A stretch of 64,000 nucleotides of DNA from the NCBI GenBank assembly GCA_019038695.1, contig JAHOYZ010000028.1, positions 12,492-76,491 of the forward strand, written 5' to 3'. This document shows positions 49,370 to 58,221 of this stretch, piece by piece (positions within the stretch are counted from its first letter, which is position 1; every line of letters starts with the position of its first letter). The notes under the pieces were generated by a model. The model was given only the letters and a program-made list of their open reading frames with translations. It ran no database searches and was not told the DNA's origin. Made by a program: the position numbers and the translations under genes. This DNA is from Candidatus Zixiibacteriota bacterium (lineage in GTDB: Bacteria > Zixibacteria > MSB-5A5 > GN15 > FEB-12).

Positions 49370-50688
49370 CAGGCCTCTATTGTAATCGCTTCGTTCACAT
49401 CAACAACCCGCCCGTTAATCGATGCGTGGATATTTGCTCCCACAGACGAGTCTGCTATTTGAGCAATCAATTGCCCTACAGTGACATTGTCACCCGGTCC
49501 TACTGTGGGTACTGAAGACGTACCCAGATGTTGTTTTAGTGGAATAATAACTCGCTCGGGGTGAACCGTATCATCGGTCCAGACAGCGGGTGTGTCATAT
49601 TGGGCCAAGCCCAGCTTGCGTGTTAATTTCTTCGTTAGCACTTTGCGATGGGCTTGCATCGGATGGGCCGCGAGCGGCCTATTGGGTGGCGTGTATTCTA
49701 TGTTCTTCAAACCTATGTTTGTCTTGGACCGAACACAGGCTTGCCTGGGGTCCAGTTCTTCCGGACAGGCATACAGCGAACAAAGATTACACTCGGAACA
49801 ATTGACCGCGAACTTGCCCCAGTAATCCTCTTTTTCTCCGGCAAATCCAAGTGATCGCATCACTTTGTGCGGCTGTATATCGTACCCAAGTAAATAGCGA
49901 GGACAATACTCGGTGCAGTAGCTACACTGATCGCACGCCGACTGGCCGATCCGCTTGATTTCCGAAATCGCAAGCGATCTTTTCCTAATGAGGTAGTGAT
50001 CTACGGGTAATACAATGTACCCCCCACTAAGCTTAGTTACCGGATTTTCAAAAGAGGGCACTCGTGCCCCCATCATTGCGCCGCCGTCGAGAACGGCAAT
50101 CTCGCCCGATATGGACGGCCCGCCAGCAAGAGCGATAACATCACTGATTGATGTCCCGATAGGCACTTTCAGTGTGACTGGATTATTAACCGCTCCCGCC
50201 ACGGTGATGAATTTCTCAGTCACCGGCACGCCGATACTGGCCAATGCTACGTTGAGCAACGTCTCGACATTGGACACGACACATCCGATATCGACCGGGT
50301 AACCACCGTACGGAATAAGTCGCCCGGTTGCTTCATAGACCAGAACGTATTCGTCACCGGCCGGATAGTGGTCGCCCATTTCAAAAATCTCAATACCGGT
50401 GCCACCAAATATCCGACGGAACTGACCGATTTGATCTTGCGCTTTTGCTTTGATCCCCAGGATACGTCGTGAAGCGCCTACGGTGTCGGCCGCGAGTTTC
50501 ATTCCTTTGTGGACTTCATCGGGAAATTGGCGCATCAATTCTTTGTCTTTATACAGCAGTGGTTCGCATTCTGCGCCATTGGCGAGTAGAACCTCTACCT
50601 GGGTATTGTACTTCAGGTGAGTAGGAAAGCCTGCCCCACCGGCCCCGACTACTCCAGCGTCACGAACTTGTTCTACAAGGGAAGGCAT
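49369..50688 (-). CDS. PduS/RnfC-like Fe-S flavoprotein
   Basis: GVVGAGGAGFPTH, NGAECEP, CDQCSYCTEYCP, CSECNLC. Confidence 0.9.
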   Translation of the reverse strand: MPSLVEQVRDAGVVGAGGAGFPTHLKYNTQVEVLLANGAECEPLLYKDKELMRQFPDEVHKGMKLAADTVGASRRILGIKAKAQDQIGQFRRIFGGTGIEIFEMGDHYPAGDEYVLVYEATGRLIPYGGYPVDIGCVVSNVETLLNVALASIGVPVTEKFITVAGAVNNPVTLKVPIGTSISDVIALAGGPSISGEIAVLDGGAMMGARVPSFENPVTKLSGGYIVLPVDHYLIRKRSLAISEIKRIGQSACDQCSYCTEYCPRYLLGYDIQPHKVMRSLGFAGEKEDYWGKFAVNCSECNLCSLYACPEELDPRQACVRSKTNIGLKNIEYTPPNRPLAAHPMQAHRKVLTKKLTRKLGLAQYDTPAVWTDDTVHPERVIIPLKQHLGTSSVPTVGPGDNVTVGQLIAQIADSSVGANIHASINGRVVDVNEAITIEA

Positions 50689-50710
50689 AGTATCAGTTGA
50701 ACCTCATGAC

Positions 50711-50875
50711 CTATAGTTCCTCAACCAGATCAGTGGCATCGCCGAAACCGAGTTGGTTGGCTCGTTCGTGCTCCCGAAGCCACCACACTATTCCCACTAT
50801 CGCCGTCACACCCAACAGGAGCCCGACGATGTGGTACCAGCGCAGATACCGCATGGCAAGTTTGATAATGCTCAT
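50711..50875 (-). CDS. 54-aa single-TM protein (not in the ORF track)
   Basis: ATG overlaps the BMC-P stop (ATGA); MSIIKLAMRYLRWYHIVGLLLGVTAIVGIVWWLREHERANQLGFGDATDLVEEL. Confidence 0.65.
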   Translation of the reverse strand: MSIIKLAMRYLRWYHIVGLLLGVTAIVGIVWWLREHERANQLGFGDATDLVEEL

Positions 50876-51198
50876 TGTAAAGCCTTCTTGAATGTTACCC
50901 GTTCCGGGTCAAGATCGCCGTTGTAGTACTCCGGTTTGATATCGTATTCATCAATGATCCCTATCACAGCCGCCTCAATCGACATATCTTCGTTGCCGAC
51001 TGCCACTCTGGCCGCCCGGCCATAAGCCACCATGACCAATTCACCTTCACCCGCACCGAGAACATCAGCGGCCACAATAGTGTCGGTGTTGGGCGCTTTG
51101 TTAAGATTATACGGCTGAATGATGAGGAACTTCGCACCGGTGGTGTTGTCTGTCTTTTGAGTCGCCCATAGTGAGCCGACCACTCTTCCAATAAACAT
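50872..51198 (-). CDS. BMC-P vertex protein (EutN/CcmL family)
   Basis: MFIGRVVGSLWATQK, VAADVLGAGEGELV, AAVIGIID. Confidence 0.93.
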   Translation of the reverse strand: MFIGRVVGSLWATQKTDNTTGAKFLIIQPYNLNKAPNTDTIVAADVLGAGEGELVMVAYGRAARVAVGNEDMSIEAAVIGIIDEYDIKPEYYNGDLDPERVTFKKALQ

Positions 51199-51202
51199 AT
51201 CT

Positions 51203-51784
51203 CTATTCCAAATCCAAAAGGTTTGATATCGCTTCTATCAGTTTCGATTTCTTGGCTTGAGAGATTTCCCGCCCTTTGAGACTCAACCCCTCTAAAGTAC
51301 GAGCATACCGTCGAAGCTCAGCGACGGTCATACTCTTCAACATCTGAGGTGTAACTTTACTCCCCGGAACATCACCTCTCGCACTGGAATCAGGTAATTT
51401 CCTTTTTCTTGAAGGACGGCCGCCACTCTGTTTAGTACCGCCTTCAGCGGCTCCCGACTCGGGATCAAGCGACGGACGGTGATCATCGGTATGATACTTT
51501 GACACAAAGCGGCGCGCAGGTAGAATTGCATCAAGACCATCGTCCGCGTTGGCAATTATCGTGACTGCCACAATTTCACCGACACGCTCCGCTGCCGCCG
51601 TCGATGCTTCGCATGCCGCCTGCACTGCTCCCAACTCACCCTCAATCCTGAGAGTGAGAAATGAAGCATCGGTTAACTCTACCGATGACACCACTATTCC
51701 GGCCGCCTTAGCGGCTGCATCGGTAGCCTCGATAGCGGCTATAAGCCCATGTGTCTCAATCAGACCCAGTGCATTTCGTGGCAT
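51203..51784 (-). CDS. BMC-H shell protein with linker and C-terminal small helical domain
   Basis: ALGLIETHGLIAAIEATDAAAKAA...GELGAVQAA; tail MTVAELRRYAR..KKSKLIEAI. Confidence 0.88.
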   Translation of the reverse strand: MPRNALGLIETHGLIAAIEATDAAAKAAGIVVSSVELTDASFLTLRIEGELGAVQAACEASTAAAERVGEIVAVTIIANADDGLDAILPARRFVSKYHTDDHRPSLDPESGAAEGGTKQSGGRPSRKRKLPDSSARGDVPGSKVTPQMLKSMTVAELRRYARTLEGLSLKGREISQAKKSKLIEAISNLLDLE

Positions 51785-51928
51785 AGTATGAAATAATACC
51801 GCATCGGATGGAAAAAGTAAATTGATTATCTATCTGATTGCGGGAAAAACACACTTGCCACTCACATTGTCGAGAAGATATCCACAATTGTGCATAATGC
51901 CACCTCGTGGTGATGCCACCTCGTGGAT

Positions 51929-51967
51929 AAAAAACGGTCACCCGTGCTCCCCTCAAGCACGGGTGAC
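51929..51967 (-). terminator. Intrinsic terminator in the BMC operon upstream region
   Basis: GTCACCCGTGCT-7-AGCACGGGTGAC-CG-TTTTTT. Confidence 0.8.
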
Positions 51968-52029
51968 AAACCGCCAAAGAGAAAAAACATTGTCCGTCTT
52001 TGAGACGGCGCTCAGGGAGTAAAATACAA
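51929..52029 (-). ncRNA. Candidate ~100-nt small RNA or attenuator leader
   Basis: Lies between a -24/-12 promoter and a strong terminator; internal CCGTCT/AGACGG hairpin; no useful ORF. Confidence 0.4.
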
Positions 52030-52039
52030 TTATAGTACG

Positions 52040-52055
52040 AGCAATCTGTGTGCCG
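52040..52055 (-). promoter_or_regulatory. Sigma54 (-24/-12) promoter candidate
   Basis: CGGCAC-ACAGA-TTGCT with correct GG-to-GC spacing; a TATAAT at 52029-52034 also allows a sigma70 reading. Confidence 0.6.
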
Positions 52056-52352
52056 TAGCCAGGGGCAGCGCCATTGAATTGCTATAACCGAGTGTTATAT
52101 AAGAAGATAACAATGCGGCCATACGGACACTGTAAGAGGTTACCATTTGCAGTTCGTACGATTGTACGAGAGGGAGAACAAAGAAAAGCGGTAAGTGCAT
52201 GATAATCACACACTTACCGCCACCAAGGAATATATGTTCACCTTCGTGCCAAAGCACGACAGGTTCATTATGTACAATGCTCACGCGCCTAATGCGACAA
52301 CAGAGCTGCCGACATTATTATAACGCTATGAACAGACTCAGCGATCAGCCGT

Positions 52353-54602
52353 TCAGTTAACGACACCTCCTTCACAGGAAATCCCGTATCTCTTTAGTTT
52401 GGTGCGAACGGTTGCCTCGTGAATCCCGAGTATCCGAGCCGCTCTGGATTTGTTGCCGCCCGATGCAAGCAACGCCTCATTTATGAGCCTCCGTTCGAAT
52501 TGCTCTACGCGCTCAAATAGAGATTTCTCACCCCGAGGTTGGTCTGCGGAAAAAATCGACCGCGACAACTCGATGAGGTCTCCTTCGGTTACCATCGCCG
52601 CCATCACTTCCAATCGTTTGATCTTGTTGACCAACTCGCGGACGTTTCCGGGCCAGTCATACTTGACAAACAGATGAACCAGTTCTGTCGGTATTTTCCC
52701 GTCATCAGTCAGACTGCATTGGCTCAGGAAGTGATTTAGCAATAACGGGATATCCTCTTTTCGTCGTTTGAGCGACGGAATGTGGAAGCTAATTCCGCTG
52801 ATTCGATAGAACAAATCACGACGGAAACTCCCTTTCTCAACCATCAGTTCCAGATTCTGGTTGGTTGCCGACACTAGCAGGATGTCCAGTTTGATCTCAG
52901 TAGTGGACCCGATTGGGATTACCCGACGAGTTTCCAGAACGCCAAGCAGCTTACTCTGCAACGAGAGTGGCAGGTCACCTATCTCGTCGAGATAAAGCAC
53001 TCCGCCGTTGGCCGAGGTCAGCAATCCCGGTTTGTCCTTGTCAGCACCCGTAAAAGCACCCTTGTGATAGCCGAACAACTCGGATTCAAGCAGAGTTTCG
53101 GGTATTGAAGCGCAGTTTACCGCCACAAAGGGACCATCGGGTCGGACCACGGAACGGAAATACCGCGCCATGTGATCCTTGCCGGTGCCAGTCTGACCGG
53201 TGAGCATCATCGGTAGATTCGAACGGCCGATTAGCGACAGCTGTTTTTTAAAGCTCTCGATCTCCGGGCAGGAAGTGAGAAACTCTGCCTTGCCGGCATT
53301 GCTGGTCGGTGCCTGATTGAGCTTATTTTGGTCGAGATCAGAATCTGTATCGGCGATCAGTCGCTGGATACGATCGACAACGTTGGTGATACCATCACGT
53401 CGATAAAACTCCTCAGCCCGGAAGAGATAGGTCAGTCGCTGACGCCGGGTGAATACTTTCGTCCGACCAGCGGCAATCAGAGTCTCCGCCTGAGCCACGC
53501 AAATACCGGATTCTGCCAACAGATCAAGCGATCTGCCATAATGATTGCGTGCATCCGACTCGTTGTCCTGAATCTCGGCAACCTGAGCTCTCAGACGCCA
53601 GAGCGCGCCAACTTCTTCGGTCACACCAGCCTTGTCCATAATGACCATAGCCCGCGCCACATAGCGCTGCGCCATCGGTAAGTTGCTCGACAAAACGGCA
53701 ACTTCGGCCAGATGCCTGAGCACACGACCGGTCAGAGTGGTCTCCGGATCGATCTTCTCGGTTATTGCCAAGGCCTGTTCAAGAATATCCCTAGCCGCAC
53801 CTAATTCGCCGGAGCGATATTTCAGTTCGCCAAGATAAGTCAGGTACATAACCTCATCGCGACGACAGTCGCATTGAACCAGTTGCTCACGAGCATTGTT
53901 GAGAGCGATTTCTGCGTCATCGAATCGGTCAGTCAGAATGTGAACATAGCCCAGCGACATATAAGCCCGGGGCAGCTCCTGAGTCTGACCGAGTTCTTCC
54001 GATAGTTCGATATTGATCTGCAAGTGACTACAGGCTTTTTCAAAATCTCCTACAAATGTGTGAATACGACCAATGTTACCCATCATGAAGGCCAGCTTGT
54101 GGCGATCATTGAGTCGACGGGCAATGTCTACTGCATCCATAAGGACGGTCAGAGCTTGGCTGAAGTCCGACTGCTTAAAAAACAGTCCGGCTAACAGGTT
54201 GAGCGCCCGACTCTGTCCCTCGGGACAGTCATTCCTGCGGAAAATTGATTCCGCATCACGAAAGGCCTTTTCCGCTTCCCTTAGTTCTCCCAGGTTGCGT
54301 AGTATCCCCCCGATTACTACAAAAGTTTCCGCCAATTCACGGCTGTCGCCAAACTCCGCCTGGAGAGTTTGAGCCGTTCGGGCGGTTCGCAACGCAACCG
54401 GGTAATCTGCGAGGGAAGCATAGGCCGTGGCGGCGAGACGCATAACTAGCGCCGCGCCCGGGCCGCCAGCACAGTCCAGTTCACTACGATTGTCCTCGTA
54501 GCAACTGATTGCGCTGGCGAAATCCCGCGAGGTAATCAATGACTCAAGATAGTGAGCCATTGCCTCGTGTATTCCACTGGCATTGTTTTCCATTTTCCTC
54601 AT
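52353..54602 (-). CDS. TPR-containing sigma54-dependent activator (bEBP, Fis-type HTH)
   Basis: N-terminal TPR-like helices; GQTGTGKD, ELFGYHKGAFTGA, LYLDEIG, WPGNVREL, GGNKSRAARILGI; no receiver domain. Confidence 0.93.
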   Translation of the reverse strand: MRKMENNASGIHEAMAHYLESLITSRDFASAISCYEDNRSELDCAGGPGAALVMRLAATAYASLADYPVALRTARTAQTLQAEFGDSRELAETFVVIGGILRNLGELREAEKAFRDAESIFRRNDCPEGQSRALNLLAGLFFKQSDFSQALTVLMDAVDIARRLNDRHKLAFMMGNIGRIHTFVGDFEKACSHLQINIELSEELGQTQELPRAYMSLGYVHILTDRFDDAEIALNNAREQLVQCDCRRDEVMYLTYLGELKYRSGELGAARDILEQALAITEKIDPETTLTGRVLRHLAEVAVLSSNLPMAQRYVARAMVIMDKAGVTEEVGALWRLRAQVAEIQDNESDARNHYGRSLDLLAESGICVAQAETLIAAGRTKVFTRRQRLTYLFRAEEFYRRDGITNVVDRIQRLIADTDSDLDQNKLNQAPTSNAGKAEFLTSCPEIESFKKQLSLIGRSNLPMMLTGQTGTGKDHMARYFRSVVRPDGPFVAVNCASIPETLLESELFGYHKGAFTGADKDKPGLLTSANGGVLYLDEIGDLPLSLQSKLLGVLETRRVIPIGSTTEIKLDILLVSATNQNLELMVEKGSFRRDLFYRISGISFHIPSLKRRKEDIPLLLNHFLSQCSLTDDGKIPTELVHLFVKYDWPGNVRELVNKIKRLEVMAAMVTEGDLIELSRSIFSADQPRGEKSLFERVEQFERRLINEALLASGGNKSRAARILGIHEATVRTKLKRYGISCEGGVVN

Positions 54603-54614
54603 CGCGTGTTACCC

Positions 54615-54983
54615 TTAATTACTGGAAGTTGTGGTCGCGGATTGTCCAATCTCCTCGTTCAAAGTACCGGTCTCCCCGGAAATATCATCTGAAATAGTGA
54701 TATCATCTTTGGGGTCATCAACGAACCAGATATTGATGATGAATTTCCACAGGAAAACATCATAGATGTTATTGCCTGCGATACAACCAAGTTCGCCTCC
54801 CCCGGATGAGGAAATTATGACCGAACCTCCATCCCAGACACTCTCACCACCCCACGGGTGGTCGTCGCCAGTTCCGTCAATTGCTCTGTATCCTTGAGGA
54901 TTCTGACGCGCTTCGGTATTACCGAGCGGAATTGCAATTAGTATCAGCACTACGGCCAATACAAAGATCAGTTGCTTCATCAC
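54615..54983 (-). CDS. Small secreted protein (candidate signalling pro-peptide)
   Basis: AGGAG RBS; signal peptide ending TEA; DDHPWGGE motif; ends 12 bp before the bEBP start. Confidence 0.7.
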   Translation of the reverse strand: MMKQLIFVLAVVLILIAIPLGNTEARQNPQGYRAIDGTGDDHPWGGESVWDGGSVIISSSGGGELGCIAGNNIYDVFLWKFIINIWFVDDPKDDITISDDISGETGTLNEEIGQSATTTSSN

Positions 54984-55088
54984 ATACTCCTTGGTTTAGA
55001 AATGCATGAACATATTTATCTTGTACAAAAACAGTCGGGGTTCGGGGTATAAGTCAGGTGGGGTTAGAATACTTAGTACCTCCACAGT

Positions 55089-55117
55089 ACGATAAGGCAT
55101 AACTACCATGCTGTCAA
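55089..55117 (-). promoter_or_regulatory. Sigma70-type promoter for the peptide-bEBP operon
   Basis: TTGACA-17bp-TATCGT. Confidence 0.5.
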
Positions 55118-55286
55118 CCTCTTTCTCTAATTCCGGAGCGAGTGGTTGTACAACTCCATGACAAACAATCTTGCATCAAAAAAGGTCAACGGCTAAGTTC
55201 AATACGAACCGAGTCTTGCTATGAGCACCCGGTAATCATACATGTGTAGTCCAAATCGTTGGACTCTGACACAGAAAGATTGCGAT

Positions 55287-56477
55287 ATGCGAACGATCTG
55301 TATTTTCATGATAGCAGCAACAGCTCTTGCAATGGTAACACTGCTTTCGTGTGGAAGTGGTGATGGTAGCGACAATAATGACGTTATTGGCGGTGGCAAC
55401 GGCGGGAACCCAATAGATCCGGACCAGATTCATCCCGGAAACGGGATTTTCCCAATTGCAGTCAGCTACGCGACGGCCAAGTACCCGTTATCTGTCTTTG
55501 CCTCTGATTTTAACGGCGATGGTGACAAAGATCTCGCTGTAGCGAGCGAACTGGGAAACAGCGTTACGATCCTGGACAATTCCGGAAATGGGACGTTTGC
55601 CTCCGGCTTCAACGTTATGGCCGGGAAAAAAGCATACTCGGTTTTTATGTCTGATCTCGACGGTGACGGTGACAGTGACTTGGCTGTCGCAAACAAGGAG
55701 AGCGACAACGTATCGATCCTAACCGGTGATGGTGATGGAACATTTGCCGTGGCTGTTAATTACCATGCGGGAAACAGTGCCTGCTGTATTGTCGGTGGTG
55801 ACCTTGACGGTGATGGAGATATCGACCTGGCCGTCGCCAATTATGATTCCGACAACGTATCTATTTTGATGAACGATGGCGATGCAACATTCGCGAGCGC
55901 GGTCAACTACGGAGTTGGTGATTACCCTTACTCCGTCGCCATCTCTGATCTGGACGGCGATGGTGACCTTGATCTGGCATCGCCCTGCTGGGGAGACGAC
56001 AAAGTTTCTGTGTTGAAAAACAACGGTGACGGAACCTTCGCTCCGGCAGCGAAGTTTGACACCGGGACCGATCCCTTCTCTATCTGTGCCGCTGATCTTG
56101 ATGGTGATGGAGATATCGACCTGGCCACCGCCAGTTACGGCTATACTGTGAATGATGTATCGGTCCTAAAGAACAACGGAGATGCAACTTTTGGTGCGGC
56201 CGTGAATTACGAAACCGGAGACAACCCACAATTCATTTGTGCTGCTGATCTTGACGGCGACAAAGATATTGATCTGGTGGTAGCTAATAAGGATTCCAAT
56301 GACATATCAGTTCTGAAGAACAACAGTAATGGAACATTTTCAGCCGCTGTCAACTACAACGCAGGCAATGGACCAAGTGGCGTGTTCGCTTCGGACCTGG
56401 ATGGTGATGGAGATTTGGATCTGGCCGTCGCCAATGCTTTGGCCGATAGCGTCTCAATCCTTATGAATGAAAAGTAG
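55287..56477 (+). CDS. FG-GAP/VCBS repeat lipoprotein
   Basis: Lipobox LLSC; about 7 DLDGDGDxDLA repeats of about 49 aa. Confidence 0.9.
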   Translation: MRTICIFMIAATALAMVTLLSCGSGDGSDNNDVIGGGNGGNPIDPDQIHPGNGIFPIAVSYATAKYPLSVFASDFNGDGDKDLAVASELGNSVTILDNSGNGTFASGFNVMAGKKAYSVFMSDLDGDGDSDLAVANKESDNVSILTGDGDGTFAVAVNYHAGNSACCIVGGDLDGDGDIDLAVANYDSDNVSILMNDGDATFASAVNYGVGDYPYSVAISDLDGDGDLDLASPCWGDDKVSVLKNNGDGTFAPAAKFDTGTDPFSICAADLDGDGDIDLATASYGYTVNDVSVLKNNGDATFGAAVNYETGDNPQFICAADLDGDKDIDLVVANKDSNDISVLKNNSNGTFSAAVNYNAGNGPSGVFASDLDGDGDLDLAVANALADSVSILMNEK

Positions 56478-56663
56478 CCAGCTGAGTATTGTAGTTCTCT
56501 TAAGTAAGGTAGGAGCACTGCGCACCTGCCGGCTGAAATGTCCAGTGTTATGGCAAGGGAGCCAAGGGGTGAGTCGTATTGGAATGTGCGTTCCGGATTA
56601 CAAATGGGCTATTGCCATACTCGATTACTCAATGGATATTACTGGATGCAAATTGGTTACATT

Positions 56664-58040
56664 ATGAAAATCACTACTGGATTCTTAGTCGCAATTATCG
56701 GGCTGGTTGCCGGGCTATCAGTGTTGGGGTGCTGGCAGTCAGATGAAGAAATCGCTCTTCGCAAATTCCCCTACCCATACCGGGCTGCTCTGTCTATTTG
56801 CTCGGATATTGACCGAACCACAAGCATCGAAAAATTCCTTGAAATACAGGAGTTCCTAAATTCGGACAAGGTAACAGCATATGGCTCAGGGCTTGGTCTC
56901 GACATCGGTAACTCGTTTTGGTTCTACAATCAATACTACCAGAAGCGAATGGAATTGCCTGCCTCTGATTCCTTGTCTGGGGAGGAAGCTACTTTTGATC
57001 CCAATCTGGGGATCTCGCTGTTTGTCGGAACTAGTGATAGTTTGTGGTCGCACGCAGGTACTATGGTGAGCCTCATAAGATCCGGTCACCTTGATTGCCT
57101 GCACAGTTATGGGCATTTCCAAGAAAACGGGTTCAGTCGTGAGCTGGCCATTCAAGCGATTGACCTGTTCGAAAGCGAGTCACTTGCCGTCGATGTATTC
57201 ATCAATCATGGGGCTGAGGAAAACCAGAACAATATTGGCGAGGCGTCATGGTTCCTCGGAGATAACCCTTCAACGGACATTTATCATGCCGACCTGACGG
57301 TCTCGATGGGCATCAAGTTCCTGTGGCGTGGACACTTATCCCACTGCATCGGTCAGGATGGATGTTTCTCGATTGTTAACTTGGCCAAGCAGGGCTATGA
57401 GTTCATACAAGACCTGATGTACACAGAACAGAGCTACCCACACGATAATAAACTGGTTCACGTTTGCGAACTTGATGATGGTCAGAAAGTTTTTGAATTT
57501 GTACGTTACAATAATCCCTGGGGTAAGTACTCCAACGCTAACGAGGAATTTTTCGCACATCAGCTCGGCCCGGATCAGGTTGATGACCTCGTTGAAAAAC
57601 AGGGCTATATGATCTTCTACACGCATTTGGGAACCAATCCACATCAACCATATCTGTCACCGTCAACAGTAGATGCTTTGCGATACATAGAGGAGAAGCA
57701 TGATCGGGGAGAGCTCCTGGTCGCAACGACCTCACAATTATTGAACTACTATGTCAACCAGAAACACCTATTCTGGCGAGAGGAAAACAGGCACGGTAGC
57801 TTGCACATAATGATCGATAGTATCGCTAATGAAGTAGAGGGATCCTATGTACCGAGCCACAAGGATCTTGCCGGAATAACTTTCTACGTTCCCGAAGATT
57901 GTGACGTAGTTCTGAGCGTAAACGGTGAACCTGTTCCGTTTGTGCGAAATGTAAAAGACCAGACCGGCAAAGAATCAGTTTCGATACCCTGGCGACGATT
58001 GGCGTTCCCTGATTCTGAGACACCGTTACCGCAGAACTGA
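56664..58040 (+). CDS. Secreted or lipoprotein, possibly with a polysaccharide deacetylase-like fold
   Basis: Signal/lipobox VLGC; ICSDID, DCLHSYGH, INHG, YTHLG candidate metal motifs. Confidence 0.55.
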   Translation: MKITTGFLVAIIGLVAGLSVLGCWQSDEEIALRKFPYPYRAALSICSDIDRTTSIEKFLEIQEFLNSDKVTAYGSGLGLDIGNSFWFYNQYYQKRMELPASDSLSGEEATFDPNLGISLFVGTSDSLWSHAGTMVSLIRSGHLDCLHSYGHFQENGFSRELAIQAIDLFESESLAVDVFINHGAEENQNNIGEASWFLGDNPSTDIYHADLTVSMGIKFLWRGHLSHCIGQDGCFSIVNLAKQGYEFIQDLMYTEQSYPHDNKLVHVCELDDGQKVFEFVRYNNPWGKYSNANEEFFAHQLGPDQVDDLVEKQGYMIFYTHLGTNPHQPYLSPSTVDALRYIEEKHDRGELLVATTSQLLNYYVNQKHLFWREENRHGSLHIMIDSIANEVEGSYVPSHKDLAGITFYVPEDCDVVLSVNGEPVPFVRNVKDQTGKESVSIPWRRLAFPDSETPLPQN

Positions 58041-58221
58041 TGGAAGTAGAGACCGTCTTCAAACCTGTCATCCCAAGAGAGCATTGGCAGGTTTATGGCA
58101 AAACACTTACCGATTCCAATCAAGGCAGCCGTCGAAATATTCGACTTCTACAAAGATGATATTCGCAACGAGTACAGGTACGCGGCAGACATAAAAGTCT
58201 GCCGCGCATCTATTCTTACAT

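Noticed and set aside
52030-52284. 84-aa ORF between the bEBP and the BMC operon
   Set aside because: No RBS or recognisable features; it covers the promoter/enhancer region. The TGGCACG at about 52243-52249 lacks a -12 TTGC
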